A stretch of DNA of 61,949 nt, counting the filler, from Dirinaria sp. TL-2023a (lineage: Eukaryota), in assembly GCA_051941275.1 (NCBI GenBank). It is 6 parts of 6 records of this genome, joined end to end, with 100 filler letters (N's around TTAATTAATTAA, not from the genome) between each part and the next. Parts side by side here need not be neighbours in the genome. Positions count along the whole stretch, not along the records: positions 51,715 to 61,949 come from JAVEBF010000963.1; 5 more parts are not named here. The stretch is one strand, 5' to 3'. Below the pieces are notes generated by a model. It was not told where the DNA came from. It was given only the letters and a program-made list of their open reading frames with translations, and made no database searches. This document shows, piece by piece, positions 60,401-61,949 of the stretch (position 1 is the stretch's first letter; every line of letters starts with the position of its first letter). Both the position numbers and the translations under genes were made by a program.

Positions 60401-61828
60401 TCTCCAGATCATCCTCGTCCGCGTGCCCAAAGGACTCTGACCCTGATCGCCAAAGCACTCCAATCACTCGCAAATCTCTCTACAGTCGGCGGTAAAGAGC
60501 CGTGGATGGAGCCCATGAACGTCTTCTTGACCAGTCACCGTCAAGAATTCAAGGAGTTCGTGGACAACATCTGCGCCATAAGTCCGGATCGAGCAACTTC
60601 CGCCATCCCACCTTCATACGCTACGCCAATAACAATTCTCGGCCGCCTGCCGAGTACCAGTCGCGAAGGCTTCCCAAGCTTGCCTTATCTCATCGATCAA
60701 GCTCGAGAATGCGCAAACCTCGTGGAGGTATGGTTAGGTGCTCGTCACGAGATAGACCGTAATTTCGTCTGGAGTGAGGAGTTGAAAAGCTTTGATGCAT
60801 TGTGCGAGCGGCTGCGCCAAAGGACGAGGGACTGCTTAAGCCAAGCAGAGCAGGCGGAGCGGCCGAGTGGGGTGATGGAGCCCAAATGGGAAGAACTCGT
60901 AGAACAGATGGAGCGCAAGGCAAGGTTTGGGCAACGGTCCTCCAACAGCTCCCCCGGCACGCCCCTGTTGCAAAAAACCTCCAATACCGTCAACAGCAGT
61001 ACGTCTAGCCTCGGCGATGGATATTTTTCGCGCCATGCTGTACCTCCCAGGCGCAGCCCGGTCTACATTCCAGCCCCAGCAATAGAACCTACCCAGGATG
61101 CTGTCCGCGCGAGAGACGAAGTCGACGAAAGCGTAGAAGACGACGAACCGGACACGCCAACCACGCCAACTTCCCCGCCTGGCTCCTCGTCGGCAGTCTG
61201 GGATCCCGGAGTCACGCATCGCCGCCCATCAACCGTCAAGACCGCCCTTAGCCCCAAGCACGGGATCATCACCGACCATGCGCACACCGCCTCCCTCAGC
61301 TCCTCGACCTTCAGCCTCGATGCCTCCACAGACCGCGCCTACGCCGGTTCCGTAGAACCAATCTCGCCCGTGAGCGCCGGGTCCGAGGACCCCACTTTCG
61401 GCGCCCGAAGCCTCTACAGCCTCTCCCCTGCCCAGCCAGCAACCAAAACAACAACAACAACAACAACCAAACATAAATCTTCTTCTTCCCGCTCCAAACC
61501 GCCACCATTGGTGGGAAATAACAGCAACAGCAGCAGTAGAGATGGCCACGGCCACGAATATTCGCAGCAGCACCACCGCCATCATCATCATCACAAGCAC
61601 GAACCACGACAGAAAAGCATATACCGCCTGCCAAGCCATAACAACAGCTCGCACACGGCGGATGTGATGAATAATAGTCCTCGCAGCACGATGGTGGTGA
61701 CGACGGGCAGAGATAGGGACAGGGAGAGGGAGAGGGAGAGGGAGAGAGACGGCCAACAGGGTAAAGAGGCCAAGCACCGCTTTGGAGATCTGGGCAATGT
61801 GTTCAAGCGGAGACCGAAACCGGAGTGA
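57489..61828 (+). CDS. BUD2: Ras GTPase-activating protein (PH-like, C2 and RasGAP domains), Bud2/Cla2-like
   Basis: Exons 57489-60354 and 60408-61828. C2 segment (KTQVKNDTSNPFWREDF), arginine finger LLFRGNTLLTKA, FLRFFVPAVLNPKLFGL, RTLTLIAKALQSLAN, KEPWM. BUD2 orthology is inferred from the domain order. Confidence 0.88.
61708..61750 (+). repeat. (GAGAGG)n-like coding microsatellite encoding RDRDRERERERERD
   Basis: agagatagggacagggagagggagagggagagggagagagac inside the RasGAP tail. Confidence 0.8.
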
Positions 61829-61949
61829 AAGAATAGAAGGGGACGCGGTGGTTTACCTTTTCCCCTCTTTCCGTCCCAGACAGACCGAGGGACAGAAGAA
61901 GAGCGATATCCAATCTACATTTTACCTTTTGAAGGGGGGGTGAGCTGTC

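Overview
Filamentous ascomycete (Pezizomycotina-type) nuclear DNA with short GT-AG introns and CTRAY branch points. The window is not one locus. Five identical 100-nt spacers (N44-TTAATTAATTAA-N44) join six contigs of 10248, 10247, 10244, 10240, 10235 and 10235 bp, apparently length-sorted, so gene adjacency is meaningful only within a contig. Contig 1: PMI40, SGF29, ARF6, dynactin p25, a bZIP-DUF3425 factor and an MFS transporter. Contig 2: HAS1, an FLC/TRP-like protein, an NDUFA12-family protein and a truncated transgelin-like protein. Contig 3: an alpha/beta-hydrolase with a PTS1-like end, an SDR, RPL2 and a WHIM/WSD-type chromatin protein. Contig 4: a MIT-domain protein and an uncharacterised protein. 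Contig 5: a truncated aldo-keto reductase, an F-box-like orphan, a PPxY-repeat/Cys-tail orphan and an OCRL-like 5-phosphatase. Contig 6: CPR6, MRPL20, an uncharacterised protein and a BUD2-like RasGAP. Most of this is housekeeping. The best novelty candidate is the pair of spliced orphan genes at 43417-46480. I could not support any RNA gene, transposon or CRISPR array. Exon structures were read by eye and product names come from motif recognition, not database searches.
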